This document shows positions 17,079-25,814 of a stretch of 28,636 nucleotides of DNA, one piece after another (position 1 is the stretch's first letter; every line of letters begins with the position of its first letter). The stretch spans positions 1 through 28,636 of the forward strand of contig CAZDYZ010001058.1 in assembly GCA_964509525.1 (NCBI GenBank), given 5' to 3'. Source of the stretch: an uncultured Acidobacteriaceae bacterium. Its GTDB lineage: Bacteria; Acidobacteriota; Terriglobia; Terriglobales; Acidobacteriaceae. Below the pieces are notes generated by a model that was given only the letters and a program-made list of their open reading frames with translations, was not told where the DNA came from and did not search any database. The position numbers and the translations under genes are program-made.

Positions 17079-18059
17079 GTGCAGGTCGTTATCGCCGAGG
17101 GTCAGATAGAATCGCCTCTGGATCCACCCATGGAAGTCCCCAGCCAGATCCGCCCTTTCCAAGTGCTGTTCGACCACGCCGAGCCGAGCGCAATCGACGA
17201 CGCCGCTTTCCTTCTTTACGGCAACTTTGGCTTCCCTGCCCCGCCTGTTGGTCGCCCATGGATTTACTCCAACTTCGTGCAATCGCTCGACGGCATTACC
17301 ACACTGCTGGGAAGGCATAGCTCGGGTGGCGACATTTCACAGTCACTCGAAGACCGCTGGCTGATGGACCTGCTGCGCGCCCATGCCGATGGCCTGCTCA
17401 TGGGCATGAACACCATGCTGGAGGAGCAACGAAGTCGCGGACCCCAGAGCCGGGGAATTGTCTTCCAGGTGGCAGACCCTCGGCTTCGTATCCTTCGCCA
17501 ACGGATGGGAAAAGGGCGCGAGCGAAACATCTTCGTCACCCGCGCCACCAATCTCGATCTCTCGCGCCATAAAGTGTTCGATGGCGACGTGGTGGATTCG
17601 GCGGTCCTCACCTCGCCAGCGGGTGCTGCACGCCTACGCTTCCAGGGAAGTCATCCGCACGTCGCCATTCTTGCAGCGGGCGAGGGCGAATCACTTGATC
17701 TGCCACAGGCCATTGGAAAACTTCGTGAGGAACTGGGCGTCGAGTATCTGTTGTGCGAAGGCGGGCCGACCCTTTACGGGAACCTGGCGCGTGCCGACCT
17801 CGTGGATGAGAAGTTCATGACGGTTTCGCCGATCGAGGTCGGCCAACTGGTCCCGCCCGAGCAGGAACGTCTCCCGGGGGAGTCAAACATTTCCTCTCTG
17901 CTGCGTCCAACCGTCTTCGGCGGTCCTGGATTCACCTGGAATCGCCTAACCCATTGGACCTGGCTAAGCTGCCGCAAAGGGGGCGATCACCAGTTCAATC
18001 GGTACCGCAGGAGACGTGGCCTAGAGCGAGGCGACCTGAACACGGCACAGGGTCACTAG
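17079..18059 (+). CDS. RibD C-terminal domain reductase (dihydrofolate reductase family)
   Basis: YSNFVQSLDG, DRWLMDLLRAHADGLLMG, LLCEGGPTLYG and LVDEKFMTVSP. Confidence 0.85.
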   Translation: MQVVIAEGQIESPLDPPMEVPSQIRPFQVLFDHAEPSAIDDAAFLLYGNFGFPAPPVGRPWIYSNFVQSLDGITTLLGRHSSGGDISQSLEDRWLMDLLRAHADGLLMGMNTMLEEQRSRGPQSRGIVFQVADPRLRILRQRMGKGRERNIFVTRATNLDLSRHKVFDGDVVDSAVLTSPAGAARLRFQGSHPHVAILAAGEGESLDLPQAIGKLREELGVEYLLCEGGPTLYGNLARADLVDEKFMTVSPIEVGQLVPPEQERLPGESNISSLLRPTVFGGPGFTWNRLTHWTWLSCRKGGDHQFNRYRRRRGLERGDLNTAQGH

Positions 18060-18682
18060 AGAGAGCGTCGCGGAATCCGCGGCGCGATGGCGTAGTTGAG
18101 TTGCACCAGCACGATCAGGGCGATGCTCCAGTAGGTGCTGAAAATGCAGAGTGCGCTCGCAAACGCATACCATGCCTGGCCGGTCATGATGCGCCGTTTG
18201 ATGGCGACTGGGACCTCAGGGGGCAAGTCACTTTTCACCAGTCCCTTTCTGGTGGCGCATTGCCAGCTAAAGTACAGAATCGATCCCAGCAGCAGAATAT
18301 TGATCCAGTAGGTGAGCAGAGCCACGCGATAGCCGGGAAATTCGGCCAGTAACATGGTGGAAAACGGCGTGAGGGTTACGGCGAACAGAAAAAAGATATG
18401 AATCCAGGAAAGGCTGCGGTCAGAACGTGTCAGATAGTTGAGCTGGGTCTGCTGACCAATCCAGAAAATCCCCAACGTCAAGAAGCTCATCATGTACATC
18501 AGCAGCCGGGGAGAAAGTGCCAACAGGGTGCGCCATAAATCCGGCTCACTGTGTACTGACTCCTTCACCGGCAGCCTGAGATCGAGCACGAGGATTGTCA
18601 TGGCAACGGCGAATATGCCGTCACTCAGGGCCGCTAGCCGTTCCACGCTTTGGCCGGCAATTCGATTGTACAAAGTAGTCAT
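18056..18682 (-). CDS. TMEM175 family K+ channel (DUF1211)
   Basis: ERLAALSDGIFAVAMTILVLDL (RxxxFSD-like signature), YMMSFLTLGIFW and FAVTLTPFST. Confidence 0.92.
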   Translation of the reverse strand: MTTLYNRIAGQSVERLAALSDGIFAVAMTILVLDLRLPVKESVHSEPDLWRTLLALSPRLLMYMMSFLTLGIFWIGQQTQLNYLTRSDRSLSWIHIFFLFAVTLTPFSTMLLAEFPGYRVALLTYWINILLLGSILYFSWQCATRKGLVKSDLPPEVPVAIKRRIMTGQAWYAFASALCIFSTYWSIALIVLVQLNYAIAPRIPRRSL

Positions 18683-18773
18683 GGGCAGTGAGTCTACCAA
18701 GGCCAGACATTGTGGCCCAAGGCCTCCGACAGTCGGCAACGAGGGTTTCATGCAGGTAAAGCTGTTGTGTGGT

Positions 18774-19082
18774 CTAAGCCCACCTCTGCACAATCCATCC
18801 TGCCAGTCCTCCAAATATCACGCCGCTACCCAGGACTCCAGGGTATGCCTGTAAAGCGAATGCATCGGGCAGGCTGATCAGCAAGCCTACCAGCGCGCCT
18901 GCCAGTACAGCTGGCATCCGAAGCGAGACGTTGGCAGCCAGAAAGCCGATGGCGCAACGGCTGGAGAAAGCCTACAACAGCATAGTCGTAGTTCTTTCCG
19001 GATGATTGCCGAACACGGTCATCAGAACGTCGATCACGCCGAATGCAATCCCGCACAGAATTCCCAGCACGATGCGATTCAT
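18774..19082 (-). pseudogene. Small 3-4 TM membrane protein interrupted by an in-frame TAG (codon 37)
   Basis: MNRIVLGILCGIAFGVIDVLMTVFGNHPERTTTMLL*AFSSRCAIGFLAANVSLRMPAVLAGALVGLLISLPDAFALQAYPGVLGSGVIFGGLAGWIVQRWA. Spans 103 codons and has a GGGG RBS-like tract upstream. Confidence 0.75.
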
Positions 19083-19144
19083 GTCGCCCCTTGTACACCA
19101 ATGGGCGTTTCTCGACAACCAGCAATCGCTTGACGCCTGGATTC

Positions 19145-19828
19145 CTACCTGACCAGAAACACCAGGAAATAGTCCACCCCGTCGTTCTTCACCAGGTCGT
19201 CGTGTTCTTCCAGCAGGCGGTAGCCCGCTTGCCCGGCCTCGCGAATCACGACCTCCTTCTGCACTCCGTGATCTTCCCCGTTTCCGTCCCGGTCGATGAT
19301 GCCCACCCTGGCGCCTGGCTTCAACGAACCTCGGAGATTGCGCAACAACGCAACCGGATGGGCGACCTCATGGTATGTCTTAAGGAGGAGGACGGAATCT
19401 ATGCTGTTGGCGGGCAGTTCTGCATCATCGGGTTTGCTCAGAATGGTCTTCACATTGTGAAGGTGTTCTTTCCTGACCCGGTTGTTGATGTATTCAATGG
19501 CCCGGGGGTTGATGTCGACGGCGTAAACCGTGCCCGAATCGGTGACTCTCTTGGCGGCTCGAACGGTAAACCATCCGGATCCGGCGCCGATGTCAGCAAC
19601 CGTCCTGGCCGGCACAATCGACAGAACATCCATCACCTGATTGATATGCAGCCGTTCGTCCCTACCGGGCGCGTCGAAGATCGACAGATCACCGGTGTAG
19701 GGCGTGCTGGTGTTGCGCTCTCCGGCCTGCGAGCCAGCCGCCTGCTGTGACCAGCAGGCTGGCCCGGCAGGGGCAGCACCAATGATTAACCACAAGGTGA
19801 AGAGAACCGCAGAACGACGTAGCCGCAC
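19145..19828 (-). CDS. Secreted class I SAM-dependent methyltransferase
   Basis: VADIGAGSGWF, VYAVDI and SIDSVLLLKTYHEV; N-terminal signal peptide. Confidence 0.9.
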   Translation of the reverse strand: MRLRRSAVLFTLWLIIGAAPAGPACWSQQAAGSQAGERNTSTPYTGDLSIFDAPGRDERLHINQVMDVLSIVPARTVADIGAGSGWFTVRAAKRVTDSGTVYAVDINPRAIEYINNRVRKEHLHNVKTILSKPDDAELPANSIDSVLLLKTYHEVAHPVALLRNLRGSLKPGARVGIIDRDGNGEDHGVQKEVVIREAGQAGYRLLEEHDDLVKNDGVDYFLVFLVR

Positions 19829-20032
19829 GGCTGACTCCAGAGAATTGGACGTACGACCATGATAGTTTGGCTCCGGAGCGGCCTTGCTTCACGCAGCGTC
19901 CGTTTGTCCCCTGAAGGCGGCAGTCGCGCGATTCGAGGTGGTCGAAAGCAGTTGATCCTTGCTGGGTCCCGAAACTGGCGAGGTACCTGAGGGCTAATCC
20001 GAAGACCAGTGGCAGGTGCTAATATCGGAGGC

Positions 20033-20359
20033 ATGGCTTTCCGCGGCGTCAGCCGTGACTCCAATTCGCGACCCGACAGGATTCCTCCACCCGACGACAC
20101 TCACCAGGAGGCGGCGTACCTCAAGATGCTGGGCGAGAAGCAGCGCCCAGTGCGCATCAAGCTGCTGACCGGCGACGTTGTCCGTGGCTGGATTGAATAT
20201 TACGACCGACGCATGGTGCGGCTGACGCGCGACGGCGAGCCCAATCTGTTTATCTTCAAGCACGAGATCGCCTATATCGCTGAAGACGCGGGCCGTCAGC
20301 CGCGCTCCAACAATCTGCCCGGCGCGCAACATAGCAACTCGAGGGGCGCCTCCCCATGA
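20033..20359 (+). CDS. Hfq-like Sm-fold RNA chaperone (divergent paralog)
   Basis: QEAAYLKML...PVRIKLLTGDVVRGWIEYYD...LFIFKHEI aligns with Hfq QD.FL..L...V.I.L.NG..L.G.I..FD...YKHAI. GGAGG RBS. Confidence 0.8.
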   Translation: MAFRGVSRDSNSRPDRIPPPDDTHQEAAYLKMLGEKQRPVRIKLLTGDVVRGWIEYYDRRMVRLTRDGEPNLFIFKHEIAYIAEDAGRQPRSNNLPGAQHSNSRGASP

Positions 20360-21189
20360 TGCAGTACCGCGGGGAGGTCGAAGCGATTGCACGCGAAGCC
20401 GGCAGCCTGCTCATGAGCTGCTTCGCTCGCCACATTGGTTTTGAATACAAGGGTGAGGTTGACCTGGTTACCGAGGCTGATCGCGCTTCGGAAAAGCTGA
20501 TTGTCGAGCGCCTGCGAGCGCGCTGGCCAGAACATGGCATCGTGGGGGAGGAAGGAGCTCGCAGTCATCCTGAGGCAGAGTATCGCTGGTACATCGATCC
20601 TCTGGATGGTACGACCAATTTTGCCCACGGATATCCGGTGTTCTGCGTCTCCATCGCGCTGGTTTACAACGATGAGGAGCTCGTGGCCGGCGTTCTCTAC
20701 GATCCCACGCGCGACGAGATGTTCTCTGCCGAGCGCGGGCAGGGCGCGACGCTGAACGGAAAACCGATCCACGTCTCCAAAACCACGCGGCTGGCGGAGT
20801 CCCTGCTGGGTACCGGCTTTCCCAGCCATAAGCGGCACCAGAATCCCAACATTTACTTCTACCACCAGATCACATTGCGCTCGCACGGGGTGCGGCGCGC
20901 AGGCTCAGCGGCACTTGACCTTGCCAACGTGGCCTGCGGCCGCTACGACGGTTTCTGGGAGTTCAATCTCAATCCCTGGGACACGGCCGCCGGCACATTG
21001 CTGGTGCGCGAGGCGGGAGGACTAGTCACCCGTTTTGACGGCTCGCCCTATCGCCTCGACAGCCGCGAGGTACTGGCCAGTAACGGCCTGATCCACGACA
21101 AGCTGATGAAGAACTTCCGCGAGATCTTTGCCGGACGGGGATTGGAAGCCCTGCCTTCGCCGGTCGAGTATGCCAAAACGCGCAAATAG
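20356..21189 (+). CDS. suhB: Inositol monophosphatase family protein (SuhB)
   Basis: DLVTEAD, LGEE-like VGEEG, WYIDPLDGTTNFAHG, RRAGSAALDL and LNPWDTAAG. ATGA overlap with the Hfq-like stop. Confidence 0.92.
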   Translation: MMQYRGEVEAIAREAGSLLMSCFARHIGFEYKGEVDLVTEADRASEKLIVERLRARWPEHGIVGEEGARSHPEAEYRWYIDPLDGTTNFAHGYPVFCVSIALVYNDEELVAGVLYDPTRDEMFSAERGQGATLNGKPIHVSKTTRLAESLLGTGFPSHKRHQNPNIYFYHQITLRSHGVRRAGSAALDLANVACGRYDGFWEFNLNPWDTAAGTLLVREAGGLVTRFDGSPYRLDSREVLASNGLIHDKLMKNFREIFAGRGLEALPSPVEYAKTRK

Positions 21190-21243
21190 CGCATCCTACT
21201 ACTAGAGACGGTGTTTAGTATCGTCATGGGGAGGTCTTCAAAT

Positions 21244-21888
21244 ATGCATCGCATCGCGATTCGGACTTTGGTAATTTCGCTTTGCCTGATCGCATTACCG
21301 GCGCTGGCACAGCAGAACCGTGTCGTTCGCGTGGGCGTGGCGATAATGCAGAGCCACACCAATCCCACCATAACCGGCGACGTGGGACGCAACCGCCTGG
21401 TGACGGCGCTTGACGAGGAAAAGCCCGACAAGAAGCACCACCTGAAGCTACAAGGTGTTCCGCTGGCGGGGACCACTCCGGAGGAGATAAGCGCCGAAGC
21501 CAAACAGCAGAACTGCGATTATGTGGTTTACACCAGCCTGGTGGATTTGCAACAAGCATCCAGCGGGAATGTTGTGCCGCAGCAGCCGCAGTCACCGCCC
21601 GGCACGATGCAGCCCTATCCCGGCGGGTCGTTGGGCATGCCGCCAAATGCGGGTAATCCTAACACCGGAGGGATGGGCACGGGAGGCGTCGGGATGAATC
21701 AGGGGTACCGGGCAACGGTGGACTATCGTCTGTACCGCGCCGGTGACTCGAACGCTATAGCCAGCAGTTCAGTTTCCGGCCAGCAGAGCGGGCCGCAGGA
21801 GATGGTGGTTTCGCAGGTATTGAACCAAGTTGCCAACCGCGTGATGACGGAGGTGAAGAAGTCGCCGCCTGCAGCGGCGCAGCAATAA
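21244..21888 (+). CDS. Secreted hypothetical protein, paralog 1 of a tandem triplet
   Basis: Signal peptide (ALA-QQ), GGGAGG RBS, VVRVGVA, EKPDKK, CDYVVYT and VVSQV..QVANRV. Confidence 0.85.
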   Translation: MHRIAIRTLVISLCLIALPALAQQNRVVRVGVAIMQSHTNPTITGDVGRNRLVTALDEEKPDKKHHLKLQGVPLAGTTPEEISAEAKQQNCDYVVYTSLVDLQQASSGNVVPQQPQSPPGTMQPYPGGSLGMPPNAGNPNTGGMGTGGVGMNQGYRATVDYRLYRAGDSNAIASSSVSGQQSGPQEMVVSQVLNQVANRVMTEVKKSPPAAAQQ

Positions 21889-21903
21889 GTCGAAGGATTC
21901 TCT

Positions 21904-22497
21904 ATGCATCGCTTTAGAACATTTGCTTTGATTCTTTGGCTTTGCCTGATTACCCTACTGACACTGTCGCAAGAGACCCGTGTTGTCCGCGTTGGGGTGG
22001 CGGTGATGCAGAACAAGGCCGGGCGCAGTGTTCCCGGCAACATTGAGCGCGACCGGCTGGTGGCCGCCTTGAATCAGGAGAAGCCCGACAAGAAGCAGCA
22101 CATCAAGATGCAAGGCGTGCCGCTGGACGGCATGACGCGGGATGAGGCGGGCGACGAGGCTGCACAGAAGAAATGCGATTACGTGGTGTACACCACTCTG
22201 ATCGAATTGCAGGCGTCTACCGATCCCGCGATGCCAGTCCCTGGCACCCTGCAAAGCCGTCCGAACGGTGTGTGGACCAATCCGAACAATACTGAAACCA
22301 GAACACTCAATCCTGAATACCGCGCTACTGTGGAATATAAGCTCTATCGTACGGGTAAGCCAGACGCCATTTCCGGAGCTGCTTTTTCCAACCGGCAGAT
22401 CATGCCCGAGGCGGAAGTGGTTTCGCAGGTAATGGATCAGATCGCCAACCGGGTGTACGCGGAGGTCAAGAAGGCGCCTCCAGTGATGCAGGAATAG
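21904..22497 (+). CDS. Secreted hypothetical protein, paralog 2
   Basis: Shares RVVRVGVAVMQ, RDRLV.AL..EKPDKK, CDYVVYT.L, YRATVEYKLYR and VVSQVMDQIANRV.AEVKK.PP with paralog 1. Confidence 0.85.
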   Translation: MHRFRTFALILWLCLITLLTLSQETRVVRVGVAVMQNKAGRSVPGNIERDRLVAALNQEKPDKKQHIKMQGVPLDGMTRDEAGDEAAQKKCDYVVYTTLIELQASTDPAMPVPGTLQSRPNGVWTNPNNTETRTLNPEYRATVEYKLYRTGKPDAISGAAFSNRQIMPEAEVVSQVMDQIANRVYAEVKKAPPVMQE

Positions 22498-22709
22498 CTC
22501 ACGACGGTGAAGCAGCCGGTGCTCGTCCGATAATGGAACGCGGAAGGGACGCTTCGCGTTACGGGCAAGACTTCCACGATGCCGGCGGGTTCAACAAATT
22601 AGAAAAGTCAAAGCACAGTGCATGAACGTTATGCACCGCGTGTATGACGCGGTTGTGAAGGCGGCTACGCACTAGTGGCCTTGAACTGGCATCGGGCGAA
22701 GGAGGCGTT

Positions 22710-23264
22710 ATGCGACGTATGGTGTTTTGTTCTCTGCTCTCGATCGTCCTTATCGTTCCCTTCCTCGCCTCCGCGCAGCAATCAGGACTGGTGCGGGTTG
22801 GTGTAGCTGCTAGCCAGCTTGTTGACAACCAGTGGGTGCTTAACTGGACGCCCCAGGCCCGCTGGCAGCGCGATCAAGTCGTCAACGACATCAATCGAAG
22901 GCAACCGGATAAGAACCGGCAAATCAAGCTGGCGGCGGTGGCGCTCGCGAAGACTGCGCCGAGCGATGCTCTGTCGGAAGCGCGAGGGAAAAGTTGCGAA
23001 TATGTCGTCCTGGTACAGGTTTCCTATCCCGGGCGCTTCGCCCTGGACAACGCGCCCCAGCCCAGTACCCTTGTGGACTCCAACCAGCCTGCCTTTCCCG
23101 GGCCAGAAACGCAGATAGGCATCATAGGTTATCAACTGCACAGGGTGAGCGACGATGCCGTGGTGTCGCAGCAGACTTACGCCTCCCCATTGGCGCCCAC
23201 ACCATCGATCGCGATGCAACTTGTGAATAGCGTGTCCCACGCGATTGTAAGAATGGCTCCGTGA
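22710..23264 (+). CDS. Secreted hypothetical protein, paralog 3 (more divergent)
   Basis: AGGAGG RBS, signal peptide, VRVGVA, RDQVV..IN..QPDKNRQIKL, CEYVV and YQLHRV. Confidence 0.82.
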   Translation: MRRMVFCSLLSIVLIVPFLASAQQSGLVRVGVAASQLVDNQWVLNWTPQARWQRDQVVNDINRRQPDKNRQIKLAAVALAKTAPSDALSEARGKSCEYVVLVQVSYPGRFALDNAPQPSTLVDSNQPAFPGPETQIGIIGYQLHRVSDDAVVSQQTYASPLAPTPSIAMQLVNSVSHAIVRMAP

Positions 23265-23353
23265 CCTCGAGCGGCTCAAAATTCAACGGCATTGGTCAAA
23301 GTTGGGCTGCTCCCCTACCGGTGGCGCAATTATTTCTGCGGTAAAATCAGCTA

Positions 23354-25390
23354 GTGAACAACTCGCTGTTGAATCGCACCGTTGAAAAGCGCCCTGAGAT
23401 GGTGCATCTAACCGGGCGTATTCTCTTTCTGACCGAAGATCCTGAACTCATCAAACGCCAGCTTGCCGGCGAAGACCTGCCCTGGGACACGCAGCATCCG
23501 GAGCGCAATCCCAAGCTGCGCGACGACATCTCGACCGACGAGATTACCCCGGCACACATCTGCTTCTTCTTCGATGAGACGCTGGGAGAGTTTCCTTACA
23601 CCGGGCTGAAGTGCGGCAACGAGCTCCCCATCAGGCGCGGCGACGCGAAGCGCGGCGGATTTGTGGCGTCGGTGAGCGGCAAGCGGCGCGGGAAGGGCTC
23701 CAGCCGCGAGCAGTCGCCTTATGCCGAGATGTCGGCTGGCATCAAGGTGGTGATCGCCGAGAACATCGAGCGCATTTACAAGCAGAACTGCCAGAACCTC
23801 GGCGTGCTGACGGCGACAGATTTCGGGATTATCGACAAGATCCGGCGTGGCGAAGAGATACCGCTGACCGAGTTCACCCAGGGCGAAGATGAGATCACGC
23901 GCCAGGTGATCGAATATGGCGGACTCTTCCCATTCAACGTGGCTCGCATGCAGAGCAAGGTCTTTCTGCCACCGATCACAACCAGGCCGCGGCCGATGAC
24001 GATTGCGGAAAAGATTTTTGCCCGCCACATGCTGCACGGCGCCAACCACGTCGGCGTCGAGGCCGTGAAACCCGGCGATACGGGGTTTGCGCGCACCGAT
24101 CTGCGCTTCAGCCACGAGTACGTCACGCCCATGGCGGCGATCTTCTTCGAGCACTTTCTCGGCAAGCACGAGCCGGTTACCGATCCGAGCACGGTCATGT
24201 TCTTTCGCGATCACTTAACGTTTCTGGACGAGGTGCTCTCCGAAGAGAAGCGCAAAATGGGTCTGCTCGATCTGGCGGGGCAACTGAAACTGAAGCAGGA
24301 GGAGTTTGCCCGCTCGCGCGGCATCAAGCTGCATGGGGAACTGCGCGACCGCAAAGGCTCAGAAGGAATCTGCCACTCCATCGTGACCGAAACCTACGCC
24401 CTGCCGGGGCAGCTCAATGTGGGCTCCGATTCGCACACGCCGCATGTAGGGGCGATGGGTTGCGTGGCGTTTGGCATTGGCACCACGGACGTATTTAACT
24501 CATGGTTCACCAAGGACGTACGGGTTAAAGTTCCAGAATCGGTTAAAGTTGTGATTCGCGGCCAGAAGCGCGCTAACGTAGCCGCCAAGGACTTCATCCT
24601 GAAGCTGCTCTCATTGGAGTACATCCGCCACGGGCACGCTTTGGCAAAAGTCATTGAGTATTCCGGCGAGGCCATCGAGGCGCTCGGGGTCGACGAGCGC
24701 GCTACCTTGACCAACATGGCGGCGGAGGTGGGGGGCTTTACCGGCATCGTCGCGCCAGACCAGAAGGTGGTGGACTTCCTGGTCGAACGCCGCAGCATGA
24801 GCAGGACGGAGGCAGAGACGTTGGTGGAAGGCTTGTACAGCGATCCGGAGGCTCACTATTCGCATGTGATTGAACTGGACGCCGCCAACATCTACCCCAT
24901 GGTTGCTACTCCGGGGGATCCGGGCAACGGCAAGTTCGTCCGCGAATTGCACACGCCTGTGCCGGTTGAGATCGCCTACGGCGGCACGTGTACGGCAGGC
25001 AAGAACGAGGACATGGACATGTACGCGCACGTCCTAAGTGACGCCTTGAAGCGAGGCCTCCGGGTCGCAGTCAGCTGCAGGTTCTACCTGCAATTCGGTT
25101 CTCAGGAGACGCGGGAATACTGCGTGCAAAAGGGCTATCTCGACATCTTCCGGCAAGCTGGCGCCCTGGTCATTGAGCCAAGCTGCGGGGCCTGTATCAA
25201 TGCGGGTCCCGGAGTTTCGACACGTCCCGAGCAAGTTGTGATCAGCGCGCAGAATCGAAATTTCCCGGGTCGCAGTGGCCCGGGCCAGATGTATCTGGCA
25301 AGCCCTCTGACCGTGGCAGCCAGCGCGGTTGCGGGTTACATCGTGGAATACGAACCCGCTGGCCAGCGTGAACCGCTGGAGGTGGCTTGA
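23354..25390 (+). CDS. Single-chain aconitase-family hydro-lyase: LeuD-like swivel domain fused N-terminally to a LeuC-like [4Fe-4S] domain
   Basis: Swivel motifs DDISTDEITP and GKGSSREQSP; core motifs GSDSHT, YGGTCTAG and EPSCGACI (three cluster Cys). Confidence 0.9.
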   Translation: MNNSLLNRTVEKRPEMVHLTGRILFLTEDPELIKRQLAGEDLPWDTQHPERNPKLRDDISTDEITPAHICFFFDETLGEFPYTGLKCGNELPIRRGDAKRGGFVASVSGKRRGKGSSREQSPYAEMSAGIKVVIAENIERIYKQNCQNLGVLTATDFGIIDKIRRGEEIPLTEFTQGEDEITRQVIEYGGLFPFNVARMQSKVFLPPITTRPRPMTIAEKIFARHMLHGANHVGVEAVKPGDTGFARTDLRFSHEYVTPMAAIFFEHFLGKHEPVTDPSTVMFFRDHLTFLDEVLSEEKRKMGLLDLAGQLKLKQEEFARSRGIKLHGELRDRKGSEGICHSIVTETYALPGQLNVGSDSHTPHVGAMGCVAFGIGTTDVFNSWFTKDVRVKVPESVKVVIRGQKRANVAAKDFILKLLSLEYIRHGHALAKVIEYSGEAIEALGVDERATLTNMAAEVGGFTGIVAPDQKVVDFLVERRSMSRTEAETLVEGLYSDPEAHYSHVIELDAANIYPMVATPGDPGNGKFVRELHTPVPVEIAYGGTCTAGKNEDMDMYAHVLSDALKRGLRVAVSCRFYLQFGSQETREYCVQKGYLDIFRQAGALVIEPSCGACINAGPGVSTRPEQVVISAQNRNFPGRSGPGQMYLASPLTVAASAVAGYIVEYEPAGQREPLEVA

Positions 25391-25488
25391 GGCTGGGGCG
25401 GGGCTGCATTTTTTTTGATAGTATCGATATATCGCTTCCGTCCAGATGTGTTCCACCTTGGAGGGGTTCTTAGGGAGACTCTAGTTTT

Positions 25489-25749
25489 ATGGCTTATGTG
25501 ATCGCGGAACCTTGTATTGGCACGAAAGACACGGCCTGCGTTGATGCTTGTCCGGTGGACTGCATCCACCCCAAGAAGGACAGCGAGAAATTCGCGACGG
25601 AGGAGATGCTCTACATCGACCCGGTCGAATGCATCGATTGCGGTGCATGCGTTCCCGTCTGCCCCGTTTCAGCGATTTTCGCCCTCGACGATCTGCCAGA
25701 GAAATGGAACCAGTATACTGAGCGTAACGCCAAATACTTCGGCCGCTAG
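25489..25749 (+). CDS. Dicluster ferredoxin (FdxA/7Fe-type)
   Basis: CIGTKDTACVDACPVDCI and CIDCGACVPVCPV. Confidence 0.95.
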   Translation: MAYVIAEPCIGTKDTACVDACPVDCIHPKKDSEKFATEEMLYIDPVECIDCGACVPVCPVSAIFALDDLPEKWNQYTERNAKYFGR

Positions 25750-25814
25750 CAGAAACTGCAGTATTTCCGGAGGCTGCACCGTCCTGATGCGGCTTCTTGC
25801 TCTCTGGGGCTGGT

